64,000 bases of DNA from an uncultured Clostridium sp. (GTDB lineage Bacteria; Bacillota; Clostridia; TANB77; CAG-465), in the NCBI GenBank assembly GCA_947361355.1, contig CANAIR010000005.1:21762-85761 (forward strand), in the 5' to 3' direction. Below, in pieces: positions 20,627-31,967 of this stretch (the stretch's first letter is position 1; each line of letters begins with the position of its first letter). The position numbers and the translations under genes were made by a program. The notes below the pieces were generated by a model. The model saw only the letters and a list, made by a program, of their open reading frames with translations, searched no databases and was not told where the DNA came from.

Positions 20627-23464
20627 ATGAATGATAAATTGATAATTAAGGGAGCAAAAGAACATAATTTAAAAGACATTGATTTAGAGTTGCCAAGAGA
20701 CAACCTTATTGTGTTTACTGGACTTTCAGGTTCAGGAAAATCATCTCTTGCTTTTGATACTATATATGCAGAAGGTCAAAGAAGATATGTCGAATCTTTA
20801 TCTTCATACGCAAGACAATTTTTAGGATTAATGGAGAAACCAGATGTAGAATCAATTGATGGACTTTCTCCTGCCATTTCTATAGACCAAAAAACAACTT
20901 CAAAAAATCCGCGTTCAACTGTTGGAACAGTAACAGAAATTCATGACTATTTGAGATTGCTTTATGCAAGAGTTGGTATTCCACATTGTCCTATATGTGG
21001 AAAAAGGATAAAAAAACAAACTGTAGATGAAATTGTAGACCAAATATATAATTATGACACAGGAACAAAAATATTAGTTATAGCACCTGTAATACGTGGA
21101 AAAAAAGGAGAACATGTCAAGCTTCTTGAACAGATTATAAAAGAGGGATTTGTTCGTGCTAGAATAGATGGTGAATCCTATGATTTATCTGATGGAATAC
21201 CAGAGCTTGATAAGCAAAAAAAACATACAATAGAGATTATAGTTGATAGGCTAGTGATAAATGCAGATATTGAACAAAGGTTAACAGATTCTGTTGAACT
21301 TGCATTAAAACATGCAAACAATCTTGTCATAATAGCTAAGTTGGATGGTCAAGAACAAATATTTTCACAAAATTATGCTTGTCCAGATTGTGGTGTAAGT
21401 TTAGAAGAACTAACTCCTAGAATGTTTTCTTTTAATACACCTTTTGGTGCATGTCCAGATTGTACAGGTTTAGGCGAATTATTGAGAATAGATATAGATA
21501 AAATAATGCCAAATAAGGAAAAAAGATTAAATGAATATGGTGCAATTCAAGGTTGGTCTGGCAGTGGAAGTATTATAGATGGAATTAGCAAAATGTATAT
21601 TGATGGGCTTTGTAATCATTACTCAGTAGATCCTAATACTAAGTTAAAGGATTTGCCTAAGAAGTTTATGGATGTGTTATTATATGGTAGTAAAGATGAA
21701 AAAATAAAATTTGTACATACAACTAAAACAATGACAAGAGAATATGAAAGTGAATTTGAAGGTGTAGTAAATACATTGCAAAGAAGATTTGCTGAGACAA
21801 AGTCTAATGGAATGAAAATGTATTATGAACAATTAATGTCTACTAGTCATTGTGAGCTTTGTAATGGAGCTAGATTAAAAAAAGAGTCTTTAGCTGTTAA
21901 AATTGGTGGAATAAATATACATGAATTATGTAATAAAAATGTAGAAGCCATCAAGGAATTTATAAACAATGCTTATGAAAAAATGTCTGCTAAGAATAAA
22001 ACAATAGCATTACAAATTGTAAAGGAAATAAATAGTAGATTACAGTTTTTAATAGATGTTGGCTTAGGATATCTTACATTATCAAGAAGCGCAGGAACAT
22101 TATCTGGTGGCGAAGCACAAAGAATTAGACTTGCAACACAAATTGGTTCAGGTCTTACAGGGGTACTTTATATACTTGATGAACCAAGTATTGGACTTCA
22201 TCAAAGGGATAATGAAAAACTGCTTAATTCATTAAAGAAAATGAGAAATCTAGGTAACACATTAATAGTAGTAGAACATGATGAAGATACGATGAGAGAA
22301 GCAGACCATATAGTAGATATTGGTCCAGGAGCTGGAGTACACGGTGGTAATGTTATTTTTTCTGGCAAACCAGATGATATTTTAAAATGTGATGATTCTA
22401 TTACAGGAAAGTATTTAAGTGGTAAACTGAAAATAGAGGTTCCTAAAAAAAGAAGGAAAACTGAAAATGGTTATATTGAAATTAAGGGAGCAAAGGAGCA
22501 TAATCTAAAAAATATAAATGTAAAAATTCCTGTTGGAGTATTTAATTGTGTTACAGGGGTTTCAGGTAGTGGTAAGTCCACTTTAGTAAATAGCATACTA
22601 TATAATGTAGCGGCTAAGCAAATTAATAGAGCACTTACAAAACCAGGTAAACATGATAAGATACTAGGTCTTGATAAAATTGATAAAGTAATAAATATAG
22701 ATCAGTCACCAATTGGAAGAACCCCACGTTCAAATCCTGCAACATATACAGGTATGTTTGATGCAATAAGAGATTTATTTGCTGCAACAAGTGAGGCAAA
22801 GGCTCGTGGTTATCAAAAAGGAAGATTTAGTTTTAATGTACCTGGTGGAAGATGTGAGGCATGTTCTGGTGATGGAATAATAAAAATAGAAATGCACTTT
22901 TTACCAGATGTATATGTTCCTTGTGAAGTTTGTAAAGGAAAAAGATATAGTAGAGAAACATTAGAAGTAAAATATAAAGGGAAAAGTATAAGTGATGTAT
23001 TAAATATGACAGTAGAAGAAGGACTAGAATTTTTTAAAAATATATCTACTATAAAAAACAAATTACAAACACTTATGGATGTTGGACTTGGATATATAAA
23101 ACTTGGGCAACCATCTACAACATTATCAGGTGGAGAGGCACAAAGAATAAAGCTTGCAACAGAACTTTCAAAAAGAGCTACTGGCCAAACTTTATATATT
23201 TTAGATGAACCTACAACAGGGTTGCATATGGCTGATGTACATAAATTAATTCAAATACTTCAAAGACTAACAGAGCAAAATAACACTTTGGTAGTTATAG
23301 AACATAATTTAGATGTTATAAAATCAGCTGATAATATTATAGATTTAGGACCAGAAGGAGGAGATGGTGGAGGTACAATAGTAGCTACTGGTACTCCAGA
23401 AAAGATAGCAAAGTGTGAAGAAAGTTATACAGGTAAGTTTTTAAAAAAGATGTTGAAAAAATAG
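20627..23464 (+). CDS. uvrA: Excinuclease ABC subunit A
   Basis: Two ABC cassettes ([27 protein letters not shown]), zinc fingers. Confidence 0.98.
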   Translation: MNDKLIIKGAKEHNLKDIDLELPRDNLIVFTGLSGSGKSSLAFDTIYAEGQRRYVESLSSYARQFLGLMEKPDVESIDGLSPAISIDQKTTSKNPRSTVGTVTEIHDYLRLLYARVGIPHCPICGKRIKKQTVDEIVDQIYNYDTGTKILVIAPVIRGKKGEHVKLLEQIIKEGFVRARIDGESYDLSDGIPELDKQKKHTIEIIVDRLVINADIEQRLTDSVELALKHANNLVIIAKLDGQEQIFSQNYACPDCGVSLEELTPRMFSFNTPFGACPDCTGLGELLRIDIDKIMPNKEKRLNEYGAIQGWSGSGSIIDGISKMYIDGLCNHYSVDPNTKLKDLPKKFMDVLLYGSKDEKIKFVHTTKTMTREYESEFEGVVNTLQRRFAETKSNGMKMYYEQLMSTSHCELCNGARLKKESLAVKIGGINIHELCNKNVEAIKEFINNAYEKMSAKNKTIALQIVKEINSRLQFLIDVGLGYLTLSRSAGTLSGGEAQRIRLATQIGSGLTGVLYILDEPSIGLHQRDNEKLLNSLKKMRNLGNTLIVVEHDEDTMREADHIVDIGPGAGVHGGNVIFSGKPDDILKCDDSITGKYLSGKLKIEVPKKRRKTENGYIEIKGAKEHNLKNINVKIPVGVFNCVTGVSGSGKSTLVNSILYNVAAKQINRALTKPGKHDKILGLDKIDKVINIDQSPIGRTPRSNPATYTGMFDAIRDLFAATSEAKARGYQKGRFSFNVPGGRCEACSGDGIIKIEMHFLPDVYVPCEVCKGKRYSRETLEVKYKGKSISDVLNMTVEEGLEFFKNISTIKNKLQTLMDVGLGYIKLGQPSTTLSGGEAQRIKLATELSKRATGQTLYILDEPTTGLHMADVHKLIQILQRLTEQNNTLVVIEHNLDVIKSADNIIDLGPEGGDGGGTIVATGTPEKIAKCEESYTGKFLKKMLKK

Positions 23465-23485
23465 AAATTTAAAAAATAAAATAAA

Positions 23486-23520
23486 AATAGGTCAAAGGTA
23501 AATTACCTTTGACCTATTTG
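23486..23520. terminator. Bidirectional terminator
   Basis: aataggtcaaaggtaa / ttacctttgacctatt perfect inverted repeat between convergent genes. Confidence 0.75.
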
Positions 23521-23810
23521 GTATTAACAAAGTATTCCTTTCCTTTGAATTTGTCAATTGAATAAGTAACAGTGAAAAAAGCAAGTCCAATAGAGAAGTT
23601 ACACATTAAAAAGTTTACCACTATGCCAAGTTCTTTATCTTCCTGGGTATCGTATACAATTCCGTCAAAAGATTCCATAGTTTCCACCTCAGTTAGTAAC
23701 TTGCCACCTAAAAACTTTCCAAAATTTATGCTACAGGTTATAGCAACAAAAATTGTTACGATTGCAACGATTACAGTAAGGACCTTGACAAAGTTATCTT
23801 GTTTTTTCAT
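23514..23810 (-). CDS. Hypothetical membrane protein
   Basis: AAGGAG RBS before MKKQD; 2 TM helices. Confidence 0.6.
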   Translation of the reverse strand: MKKQDNFVKVLTVIVAIVTIFVAITCSINFGKFLGGKLLTEVETMESFDGIVYDTQEDKELGIVVNFLMCNFSIGLAFFTVTYSIDKFKGKEYFVNTK

Positions 23811-23979
23811 AATATTGTTCTCCTTTTTTAAATTTAAAAAATTTATTATATAATACCTATTTATATTATACCACAAAAAGGCCAAAAAGTAAATGATTAT
23901 GTAAAGCTATAAGTGAAAAAATATGCAATTTTATACTTTTTGTTAAAAGAAAGAATAGTAGAAATTCTTTCTACTATTC

Positions 23980-24648
23980 TTATAGGTCAGTTTTTCTTTG
24001 AGTTGCTGCTTGTCGTCTCCTTTCTCTTCGTATTTTTTCCTCTCGTATAGTCCGTCTTATAATCATATTATTTCGGCGAATCTTTTTGATAGAAGAAAAG
24101 ATTGTTACTGTAGTTACTACTATAAGAAAAGCCAAAACACCTAAAGATAAATATGAAAATACTTTTTTGTCCTTTTCTGATGAATAATATTTTATCTCAT
24201 AGTCTTTTTTTACATTATTAGCAACATTTGAAACAAATTCTTCAAATATGTTTGCAAGTTCTTCTTGGCTTGAAATACTAGCGGAGTAATCATTTTCAAT
24301 TTCCTTTGCAACAAAGCCAATAACATTTGTTGTTTTATTATAATAAATTATAATCGCGTTGTCTTCAAAGTTTTGAACATAGCTCACATTCATGTCTTCA
24401 TATAAAAAGCTAAAATAAAATGGAACATGAGTTTTGTTCATGGCTTTATTTAATGATTTTGAGATTATCTCGGTTGTGTTTCTATCGAGTTTTCCATAAG
24501 GGTCGTCGATATTTTTTGAAGAAAAACAAAGTGCAGTACTTGCATTTTTGTAAGTAAATACCATAAATAATGTTGCTAATATTAAAGCAAGCGATATAAT
24601 AACACAAATACCATTAAGTGTCCGACAATTTCTAATTCTTTGATTCAT
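23980..24648 (-). CDS. Membrane protein with TPM-like extracellular domain
   Basis: TM-IDDPYGKL...IIIYYN-TM; paralog of next gene; AAGGAG RBS before MNQRI. Confidence 0.6.
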   Translation of the reverse strand: MNQRIRNCRTLNGICVIISLALILATLFMVFTYKNASTALCFSSKNIDDPYGKLDRNTTEIISKSLNKAMNKTHVPFYFSFLYEDMNVSYVQNFEDNAIIIYYNKTTNVIGFVAKEIENDYSASISSQEELANIFEEFVSNVANNVKKDYEIKYYSSEKDKKVFSYLSLGVLAFLIVVTTVTIFSSIKKIRRNNMIIRRTIREEKIRRERRRQAATQRKTDL

Positions 24649-24886
24649 AATATTAATCTCCTTTTTTATTAAAAAAATTTTTACACAATACATCTTATGT
24701 AATATTATATCACAAAAAACATGCTTTGTAAAGGTTTTTTGTAAAAAAATATGTGCTTTAGCAGTTTTTTTTAGCTTTTTATCATATTTTTTAATTTATA
24801 TCAGAAAAAATATAGAAACATAACTAAAACGCAAGAAAACCTAGCAATATATTGCCAGGTTTTCTTGCATTTTTATGGAAAGGAGA

Positions 24887-25564
24887 TTAATCCGCGTCGT
24901 CTAAATTTTCCAAATTGTTTTTTTCACTTGTTGAAAAGTTTTCATTAGAAATCATTTCAATCTCTTTATATTTTTTCGGTTCAAAATAATTATAACTAAT
25001 TGGAATAAGAAATAAAATTATAATTAGTATGAGTAGTAATGAAAAAAATCCTAAAACTCTTTGAAAAGGTGAGTTATAATATATATTATATCTAGGCTTT
25101 AATTGCTCTGTAATATTTTTTATATATTCTGGAAATTTATCTAGTAACTGCTCATTATTTTCTAAAGTGACTATTTTGTTTTCTTTTCCTTTGAGATCAA
25201 CATTATTGCTAATAACTTTTAAATTAGATGTATTAGCGTTATAATAAATAATTATAGATTTTTTTGAAAAAGATTTTGCATATTTTTGATTTATATCTTC
25301 ATATACATATGCAAAGTAAAAATTATATTTTTTTGATTTCATTACGTTTTTTAATGATGCTTCTATAATTTCGCTTTCTTTTTCTCTTAGATTACCATAA
25401 TCATCAATTATATTATCTTTTTTTGAATAACAAATTGAATTAAAGTTAACTATTTCTAAAAAAAGTATAATTCCGAGCATTATTAAAGGTAATACTAAAA
25501 TAATGTCAAAAAATAATATTTTTAACCGACTAACAATGTTTTTATTTGCTTTTAAATAGTCCAT
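24887..25564 (-). CDS. Membrane protein with TPM-like extracellular domain (paralog)
   Basis: TM-IDDYGNL...FYFAYVYED...IIIYYN-TM. Confidence 0.6.
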   Translation of the reverse strand: MDYLKANKNIVSRLKILFFDIILVLPLIMLGIILFLEIVNFNSICYSKKDNIIDDYGNLREKESEIIEASLKNVMKSKKYNFYFAYVYEDINQKYAKSFSKKSIIIYYNANTSNLKVISNNVDLKGKENKIVTLENNEQLLDKFPEYIKNITEQLKPRYNIYYNSPFQRVLGFFSLLLILIIILFLIPISYNYFEPKKYKEIEMISNENFSTSEKNNLENLDDAD

Positions 25565-25782
25565 TTTTTCATCCTTTCATTAATTATAATTGACATATAT
25601 AAAATTTTATGTATATTATACAATAATATTTTGCCATTGTAAAGGAAAAAGTTGAAATTTTTATTATAACCTTGAAATTTATATTAATATTATTTGATTT
25701 TAATAATAAAATGGAAAACAAGGCTAAATTTTCTAGCCTTGTTTAAAGTAAAATATTTAAATTTTAAAAGTTATATATGCTA

Positions 25783-25947
25783 TTAGCAGCAACAACAACA
25801 AAGAACTATGATTATTAAGATAATCCATATACAGCAACAATTTCCGCCACCGAAAATACCGTTGTTACATCCGCATCCACATCCATTGTTAAATCCGCAT
25901 CCATTATTGCATCCGCAACCACATCCGCAACCGCATCTTTCTTCCAT
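25783..25947 (-). CDS. Small Cys/Gly-rich protein, probable spore-associated
   Basis: Missing from ORF track; MEERCGCGCGCGCNNGCGFNNGCGCGCNNGIFGGGNCCCIWIILIIIVLCCCCC, GGGGTG RBS. Confidence 0.8.
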   Translation of the reverse strand: MEERCGCGCGCGCNNGCGFNNGCGCGCNNGIFGGGNCCCIWIILIIIVLCCCCC

Positions 25948-25981
25948 TTAAATTCACCCCTTTGTTATGTAATAACCCATA

Positions 25982-26119
25982 TTATAATGGGCAATTTGAA
26001 CTATCTACCTTAAAAAAGGTGTCAAAGTTCAATTGTCTAGATGAATTATCCTTAAGATATAAGAAGAATAATACTGCAAATAGTACAAGTAAGCATAAAA
26101 ATTGATTATCTTTGCACAT
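25982..26119 (-). CDS. Small membrane protein (45 aa)
   Basis: Missing from ORF track; AAGGAG RBS, MCKDNQFLCLLVLFAVLFFLYLK... Confidence 0.6.
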   Translation of the reverse strand: MCKDNQFLCLLVLFAVLFFLYLKDNSSRQLNFDTFFKVDSSNCPL

Positions 26120-26326
26120 ATATAACACTCCTTTAAGGGTAAATTAGATTTTTTAATTTCTAATTTAATATACTATATTCTGTTTTTTTTTACTTGTTAC
26201 ATAAAATTATAAATTTTTTTAATATATTATTGGAATATTGTTTAAAGAAAAATAAATAAATATGTGTAAAATTATTGTAAATTTGAGAATTAATGTGATA
26301 TAATAAATAGCAATTAGTGACTAAAT

Positions 26327-27289
26327 ATGTTTAAAGTTATATTTTGTCTGGAGGTTGTTTTTATGAATATGAAATTATATAATTTGTTTTTTCCTTTGTG
26401 GATGTTACTCCTTATACCAAAGTTTTGGATAACAGCTTTACCAGCTATATTTATACTTAATACATTAGTGTTTATATTTTCAATGAAAATATTAAAACAA
26501 AAGAATATAGTAGAAAATTACAAAAAAGTAATTGTTAAGCTTTGGTTATTTAATTTTGTTGGAATTATTGTAGGTTCATTAGTACTTCTTTGTTTACAAA
26601 TGATTACAACTCAAAATACATTTATATCAAACATTGTAAGTGCACTTGCATATAATCCATTTGATAATATATTTGCTATAATTATTACACTAATTTGTAT
26701 ATTTATAGGAGGATTTATAATTTATAGCTTAAATAGTGGTATAACATTTAAAGATGTTAAAATAAAAAAGAAAAAGAAATTAGTAATTATAATTTCAATA
26801 TTTACTGCTCCTTATTTATTTTTTTATCCAGCTGAAAAGATTTATACTGCTAATAATTTACAAAATGAGATTTTGTTAAGTAAATTAATAAATGAATTTT
26901 CTGGAGATACATTAATATCAAGAATTTTTGCTGAAAGTCAAAATTATACAAATACTGAATTTAAATATATTGACAAAATAGCTAAGGTTGATTCTGATAT
27001 AGTTGAATCTAGTAAAGGCAGTATTGTTAATATGAAAATTTCAACTGAATTTGATGTAAATACAGATAGAAAAGAATATGAAAAGTGGGCTAAACAATGT
27101 AGTATTATAGTGTTTATAAAACAACCTAATATTGATGAGGTAGTAGTAAATTTATCAAGTGATACAAGGGATGTATGTAAATTAACTTATACTAAAGAAA
27201 ACATAGAAAAAGAGTTTGGAATTAGCATTTCGGAACTTGAACATGACAATACAAAATTGCAAAAAGTATTAAATGATATAATAAAGTAG
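26327..27289 (+). CDS. Hypothetical membrane protein
   Basis: LYNLFFPLWML N-terminal multi-TM domain plus soluble C-terminus. Confidence 0.7.
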   Translation: MFKVIFCLEVVFMNMKLYNLFFPLWMLLLIPKFWITALPAIFILNTLVFIFSMKILKQKNIVENYKKVIVKLWLFNFVGIIVGSLVLLCLQMITTQNTFISNIVSALAYNPFDNIFAIIITLICIFIGGFIIYSLNSGITFKDVKIKKKKKLVIIISIFTAPYLFFYPAEKIYTANNLQNEILLSKLINEFSGDTLISRIFAESQNYTNTEFKYIDKIAKVDSDIVESSKGSIVNMKISTEFDVNTDRKEYEKWAKQCSIIVFIKQPNIDEVVVNLSSDTRDVCKLTYTKENIEKEFGISISELEHDNTKLQKVLNDIIK

Positions 27290-27297
27290 GCGATAGT

Positions 27298-28683
27298 TTG
27301 AAAAAAAATGAAGTATATGACTTAGAAATTATTGATAATGGCTCTTCTTTTGAAGGTATAGCAAAGCAAGACTCAATGGTAGTTTTTGTACCTGGTGCTA
27401 TAATAGGTGAAAAAGTAACTGTTAAGATTATTAAAGTAAATAAAGATTATGCAATAGGTAAAATAGAAAAAATTATAGTTAAAAGTCCATATAGGCAAAA
27501 TCCTATATGTGAGGTATATAATAGATGTGGTGGGTGTAGTGCCCAGCACATTTGTTATAATACACAGCTTTTATTAAAGTATAAATTAGTAGAAAATGTA
27601 TTAAAAAAACAAAAAATTGATATAGATTCTTTTAAAAAGCCTTCAACAATTGGTATGGGTATGCCATACTATTATAGAAATAAAGCACAATATCCTGTAA
27701 GAAGTTTAAATGGAGAAACAATAATGGGATTTTATGCTAAAAGAAGTCATGAAATAGTGCAAAATGATTGTTGTTTTATACAAAATAGGGTTATAGATAT
27801 AATGGCAAAAGCAGTTTTTGAAGTAATCCAAAAATATAATTTAATTGGCTATGATGAAAATACATTGGATGGTGATATCCGACATATATTAATAAGGCGA
27901 GGGCTTCATACTGGTGAAGTTATGATAGTCATAATTGTAAATAAAAATGAGCTTTTAAAAGATAATAGATTTTTATTGATAGTAAATGAACTTGTAAAAA
28001 ATAATAAAAATATAAAAAGTATTTATTTAAACTTAAATGATAAAAACACAAATGAGATTCTTGGACAAAAAGAGATAAAAATATATGGTGAAGATTATAT
28101 TTGCGACTATATTGGTGAGTATAAATATTGTATTAGTCCTAAATCATTTTTTCAAGTAAATACAATACAGGCAGAAATACTATATGAAACTTTAAAAGAG
28201 TCACTTAAACTTAATGGTAATGAGGTGCTATTTGATTTATATAGTGGTGTAGGTTCAATTGGAATATATCTTAGTGATAAAGTTAAAAATATATATGGTA
28301 TTGAGATTGAAAATCAAGCTGTTAAAATGGCAAATATTAATTTAAAGTTAAATAATGTAAAAAATGCGGAATATATTGCTGGAGATGTTGAAGAAAAAAT
28401 AGTTGAATTTAAAAGTAGAAATATAATTCCTGACGTTATTGTTGTGGATCCTCCAAGAAAGGGATTAGATAAAAAGAGTATAGAATATATACTAAATTTT
28501 AATGCAAAAAAAATTGGTTATGTTAGCTGTAATCCTGCAACTCTTGCAAGAGATTTAAAAGTATTATCGCAAAAATATGATATAGAAAGCATAGTACCTG
28601 TTGATTTATTTCCAAATACTGAACATGTGGAAGTAGTCTCAGTGCTAGGTAGAAAAGATGAGAAAAAGCCTAAAAATCAATAA
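27298..28683 (+). CDS. rlmD: 23S rRNA (uracil-1939-C5)-methyltransferase
   Basis: TRAM domain, C..Y.RCGGC, YRNK, SFFQVN, VVDPPRKG, YVSCNPATLARD, DLFPNTEHVE. Confidence 0.95.
   Translation: MKKNEVYDLEIIDNGSSFEGIAKQDSMVVFVPGAIIGEKVTVKIIKVNKDYAIGKIEKIIVKSPYRQNPICEVYNRCGGCSAQHICYNTQLLLKYKLVENVLKKQKIDIDSFKKPSTIGMGMPYYYRNKAQYPVRSLNGETIMGFYAKRSHEIVQNDCCFIQNRVIDIMAKAVFEVIQKYNLIGYDENTLDGDIRHILIRRGLHTGEVMIVIIVNKNELLKDNRFLLIVNELVKNNKNIKSIYLNLNDKNTNEILGQKEIKIYGEDYICDYIGEYKYCISPKSFFQVNTIQAEILYETLKESLKLNGNEVLFDLYSGVGSIGIYLSDKVKNIYGIEIENQAVKMANINLKLNNVKNAEYIAGDVEEKIVEFKSRNIIPDVIVVDPPRKGLDKKSIEYILNFNAKKIGYVSCNPATLARDLKVLSQKYDIESIVPVDLFPNTEHVEVVSVLGRKDEKKPKNQ
28623..28647 (+). repeat. att site copy 1 (attL of element 1, in rlmD 3' end)
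   Basis: acatgtggaagtagtctcagtgcta; aligns ungapped with 44811 and 49901. Confidence 0.8.
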
Positions 28684-29048
28684 TTATAAAAATGATTGAA
28701 ATAAAAATTTTAGCAGAAAGGGAAAAAATCAGAAAAATTTATAAAAAGAATTAGCAATATGGAGTGTGGGGAAAAGAAATCAAATAAATAATTTTTAACC
28801 AGTGTAAAGCATAGAAATATGCTTTATTTTTACGCAAAAAAAGGTATAACTAGAATAAAAACAAGGGATTTTACGCTAGGATTATGCACAAAAATTGTGG
28901 GAGTATTTTTTTATAATTCCCCCTTACAAACCCCTTTTATGACTTACTCTTTACTAGCTGAAAAGAATATATATTTAATAAAAAATAAATTGCACCTTTG
29001 CATTATTAAAAAAATGAGACTAAAATAAAAGCAAGTAAGGAGGAATGA

Positions 29049-29684
29049 GTGATGAGAAAGATTATTGTAGTTATAATAGCCGCAATGATTTCTAGTTTTA
29101 GTTATTATGGAGCAGTAAACGAAAAAGGAGAAAAAGTAGTAGATTTAACAACCAACATACAGGAAGAAAATGTTGTAGAAAATGAATCAGTAGAAGAAAC
29201 ACAAGGAAATATTATAGAGCAAATAGAAAATACAATAGCACAAGCAGAAATAATCCAAAATGAAGAAATAATAACACAAAATACAGTAAATGAAATAACA
29301 ACACCTGTTGCAGAAAAATCGAATACAAGTAATAATAACAATAAAAACAAAACAATAAAGAAAACACAAGAAAGTCAAACTACTACACAGACAAAAGTTA
29401 TAGAGGAACAAAAAAATATAGAAATAGAAGAAACACCAACAAACAACAGTACAAATCAAAAATCCAATATCAATAATGTACCAAAATGTAGTCATTCAAA
29501 TAGTAACTGGTATAATTCAAAAGCAGAGGCAGTAGCAGTATATAATGCAGAAATAAAAAAATGGGGAGATAAATGGACAAACTATGAAATAGATAACGAT
29601 ACTTATTACAAAAATTGTCCTAGTGGATATGAAGTATTGAGCTGTCCATATTGCAATAAATGGACTATAAATTTATATTATTAG
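29049..29684 (+). CDS. Secreted low-complexity protein with C-terminal Cys domain
   Basis: Signal-like N-terminus, E/N/T/Q-rich linker, CPSGY...CPYC. Confidence 0.7.
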   Translation: MMRKIIVVIIAAMISSFSYYGAVNEKGEKVVDLTTNIQEENVVENESVEETQGNIIEQIENTIAQAEIIQNEEIITQNTVNEITTPVAEKSNTSNNNNKNKTIKKTQESQTTTQTKVIEEQKNIEIEETPTNNSTNQKSNINNVPKCSHSNSNWYNSKAEAVAVYNAEIKKWGDKWTNYEIDNDTYYKNCPSGYEVLSCPYCNKWTINLYY

Positions 29685-29705
29685 TGAAAAGGTAGGTAAT
29701 AGAAA

Positions 29706-30089
29706 ATGAAATTAAAAAAAGAATATATTGATGAAAAAACAGAAATAGCATATACATTAAAAGGAAATTATTATTTTCCTAATTTATCTATAACAAAAGA
29801 TAGAAATTTTACGATTGGAAGATATGGAAAAGCAAGATTAAGATACATTAAACAATATAACAAAGTTTTATATAATAACTTATTATTAAATGGAAAATTA
29901 GATACTTATTTACATTCAATAGATATGAAATGCAATACAGTTTTAGAAAGTCTAATAACAAAACTAGCTAAACAAGAAAATGTTACAGAAGATTTAAAAG
30001 CAAGTTATCAATTAGAATGGGTAACTAGAATGAATAATATTAAAAATAGAGCAGAGGAAATTATTTATAATGAGTATGTATATATCTAA
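29706..30089 (+). CDS. TnpV family protein
   Basis: GNYYFPNL, IGRYG..RLRY, LKA..QLEWV.RMNNIKNRAEEII. Confidence 0.85.
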   Translation: MKLKKEYIDEKTEIAYTLKGNYYFPNLSITKDRNFTIGRYGKARLRYIKQYNKVLYNNLLLNGKLDTYLHSIDMKCNTVLESLITKLAKQENVTEDLKASYQLEWVTRMNNIKNRAEEIIYNEYVYI

Positions 30090-30176
30090 AAATAGAAATC
30101 AAATTATAGCCTTATATCGAATAAAAAATTGATATAAGGTTTATTTTTTTGCAAATCAAAGATAATTATAAATCTG

Positions 30177-30276
30177 CATTGATAGATTTATCTATCAGTG
30201 TAGCGAGCATAGGTTTTGTATAGCACACAAAACCGACAACTATTGCTGAAAGGGGTTTTGCACCCCTATAACCCCA
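30177..30276. other. Putative oriT
   Basis: GC-richer cluster of inverted repeats (cattgataga/tctatcagtg; ggttttgt/acaaaacc; agggg/cccct) directly upstream of mobC-relaxase. Confidence 0.55.
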
Positions 30277-30306
30277 ACTAAAAAATGAAAGGAAGTGTAA
30301 AAAATT

Positions 30307-30630
30307 TTGAAAGAAAAAGTAGTACAAATATGTATAAGAGTTAGTAAAAATGAAAAGAAAAAATTACAGCAAAAAGCAAAAAAATGTAACTTATCTTTAT
30401 CAAATTATTTAAGGAAAACAGGACTAAAACAAAAAATTTATCCAATACCAGATAAAGAATCTTATCAAATTTATTTACAAGTATGTCAATTAAAAAATGA
30501 CATTTTAAAAATAGATATAGAACAAATAGAAGAATGTTTAGAGATAATAGAACACAATTTTTTAGTGATTTATAATTCAAAAAGTAATGGAGATGATGAC
30601 GATGGCGACAACAAAAATATGGTCAGTTAA
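30307..30630 (+). CDS. MobC-like ribbon-helix-helix relaxosome protein
   Basis: IRVSKNEKKKLQQKAKKCNLSLSNYLR; overlaps relaxase start. Confidence 0.8.
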   Translation: MKEKVVQICIRVSKNEKKKLQQKAKKCNLSLSNYLRKTGLKQKIYPIPDKESYQIYLQVCQLKNDILKIDIEQIEECLEIIEHNFLVIYNSKSNGDDDDGDNKNMVS

Positions 30631-31966
30631 AGACAGCTTATCACGAGTAGTTAATTATGCAAGTAACCCAGAAAAAACGATATTTTCTAATCTAAAACAA
30701 GTATTATTATATGCAGAAAATAATGAGAAAACAGTTAATGAAAAAGAAAAAATAATGTATGTAACAGGAGTAAATTGTAAAGCCGAAACAGCCTATGAAG
30801 AAATGAAAATGACACAAGAAAAGTTTGGAAAATGCACAGGAAATATCGCATATCACGCATATCAAAGTTTTAAAACAGGCGAAGTTTCTCCAGAACTTGC
30901 ACACGAAATTGGAGTAAAACTTGCAAGGAAAATGTGGGCAGAACACCAAGTATTAGTTGCAACACATTTCAATACAGGCACATATCATAATCATTTTGTA
31001 GTATGTTCTGTTAATATGTTTACTGGCAAAAAATTTAATTGTAACAAAGGTGCATATTATCGTTTTAGAGTTTTATCAGATGAATTGTGCAATGAAAATA
31101 ATTTAACAGTAATTAAGAATCCAAAAGGAAGAACACCAAGAAATATATATTTTGCAGAAAAAAGGGGAGAACCAACAAAGTATAATCTAATGAGAAAAGC
31201 AATAGATGAAACACTAGAAATGTGTGTAAGCTATGCACAATTTAAGAAAGCAATGTATAAAAAAGGTTATATCATAAATGATGACCAAAATCGAAAATAT
31301 GCTACTATTCGTTCAATAAATGATAAAAAAGCAACAAGAATGTACCAATTAGGAGAAAAATATACACCTAAAAATATTGCAGATAGAGTGTTTAATAACC
31401 CTTATTATTTGCAAGAACAGTATTATAAATTTATAAAACCTAGAAAGATATACAAGAAAAACAAAGTATGTATGCTTAATGGGAAATTCAAAGATATAAG
31501 TAAAATTACAGGGCTTGAAGCTCTTTTTTTATTGCTTTATCACTTATTAGGACTAATACCAAAAGAAAATACTAGAAAGCCATTATCTCCAGAAATGAAA
31601 CAAGAAGTAAGGAAAATGCAAAGATATTCTAACGAGATAAGACTAATAGCAAAAGAGAAACTACAAACAACAGATGATGTAAAAAGCTATATTTCACAGA
31701 ATGAAAAGAACATTGCAGAAGTAACTGGAATAAGGCAAAAATACAGAAACAAATTAAGAAATTGCAAAGATGATGAGTTAATAAAAGAATATAAAACCAA
31801 AAGGGATGAATGCACTACAATTCTAAAAGATTATAGAAATAGCTTAAAAGTTGCAAATCAAATCATTGAAGATAACCCAAAAATCAAAGAAGTAATAAGA
31901 ATAGAAAGACAAGCAAGAAATGAAGAATTGCAACAAACAAAATATAAAAATAGGGAAGTGAGATAA
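30587..31966 (+). CDS. Relaxase/mobilization nuclease (MOBP-type)
   Basis: MATTKIW, AYHAYQSF, AHEIG, VATH...HNHFV HUH motif. Confidence 0.9.
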   Translation: MEMMTMATTKIWSVKDSLSRVVNYASNPEKTIFSNLKQVLLYAENNEKTVNEKEKIMYVTGVNCKAETAYEEMKMTQEKFGKCTGNIAYHAYQSFKTGEVSPELAHEIGVKLARKMWAEHQVLVATHFNTGTYHNHFVVCSVNMFTGKKFNCNKGAYYRFRVLSDELCNENNLTVIKNPKGRTPRNIYFAEKRGEPTKYNLMRKAIDETLEMCVSYAQFKKAMYKKGYIINDDQNRKYATIRSINDKKATRMYQLGEKYTPKNIADRVFNNPYYLQEQYYKFIKPRKIYKKNKVCMLNGKFKDISKITGLEALFLLLYHLLGLIPKENTRKPLSPEMKQEVRKMQRYSNEIRLIAKEKLQTTDDVKSYISQNEKNIAEVTGIRQKYRNKLRNCKDDELIKEYKTKRDECTTILKDYRNSLKVANQIIEDNPKIKEVIRIERQARNEELQQTKYKNREVR

Positions 31967-31967
31967 A

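Noticed and set aside
28819..29028. 69-aa ORF at left end of element 1
   Set aside because: No RBS or recognizable protein features; likely promoter/end sequence.
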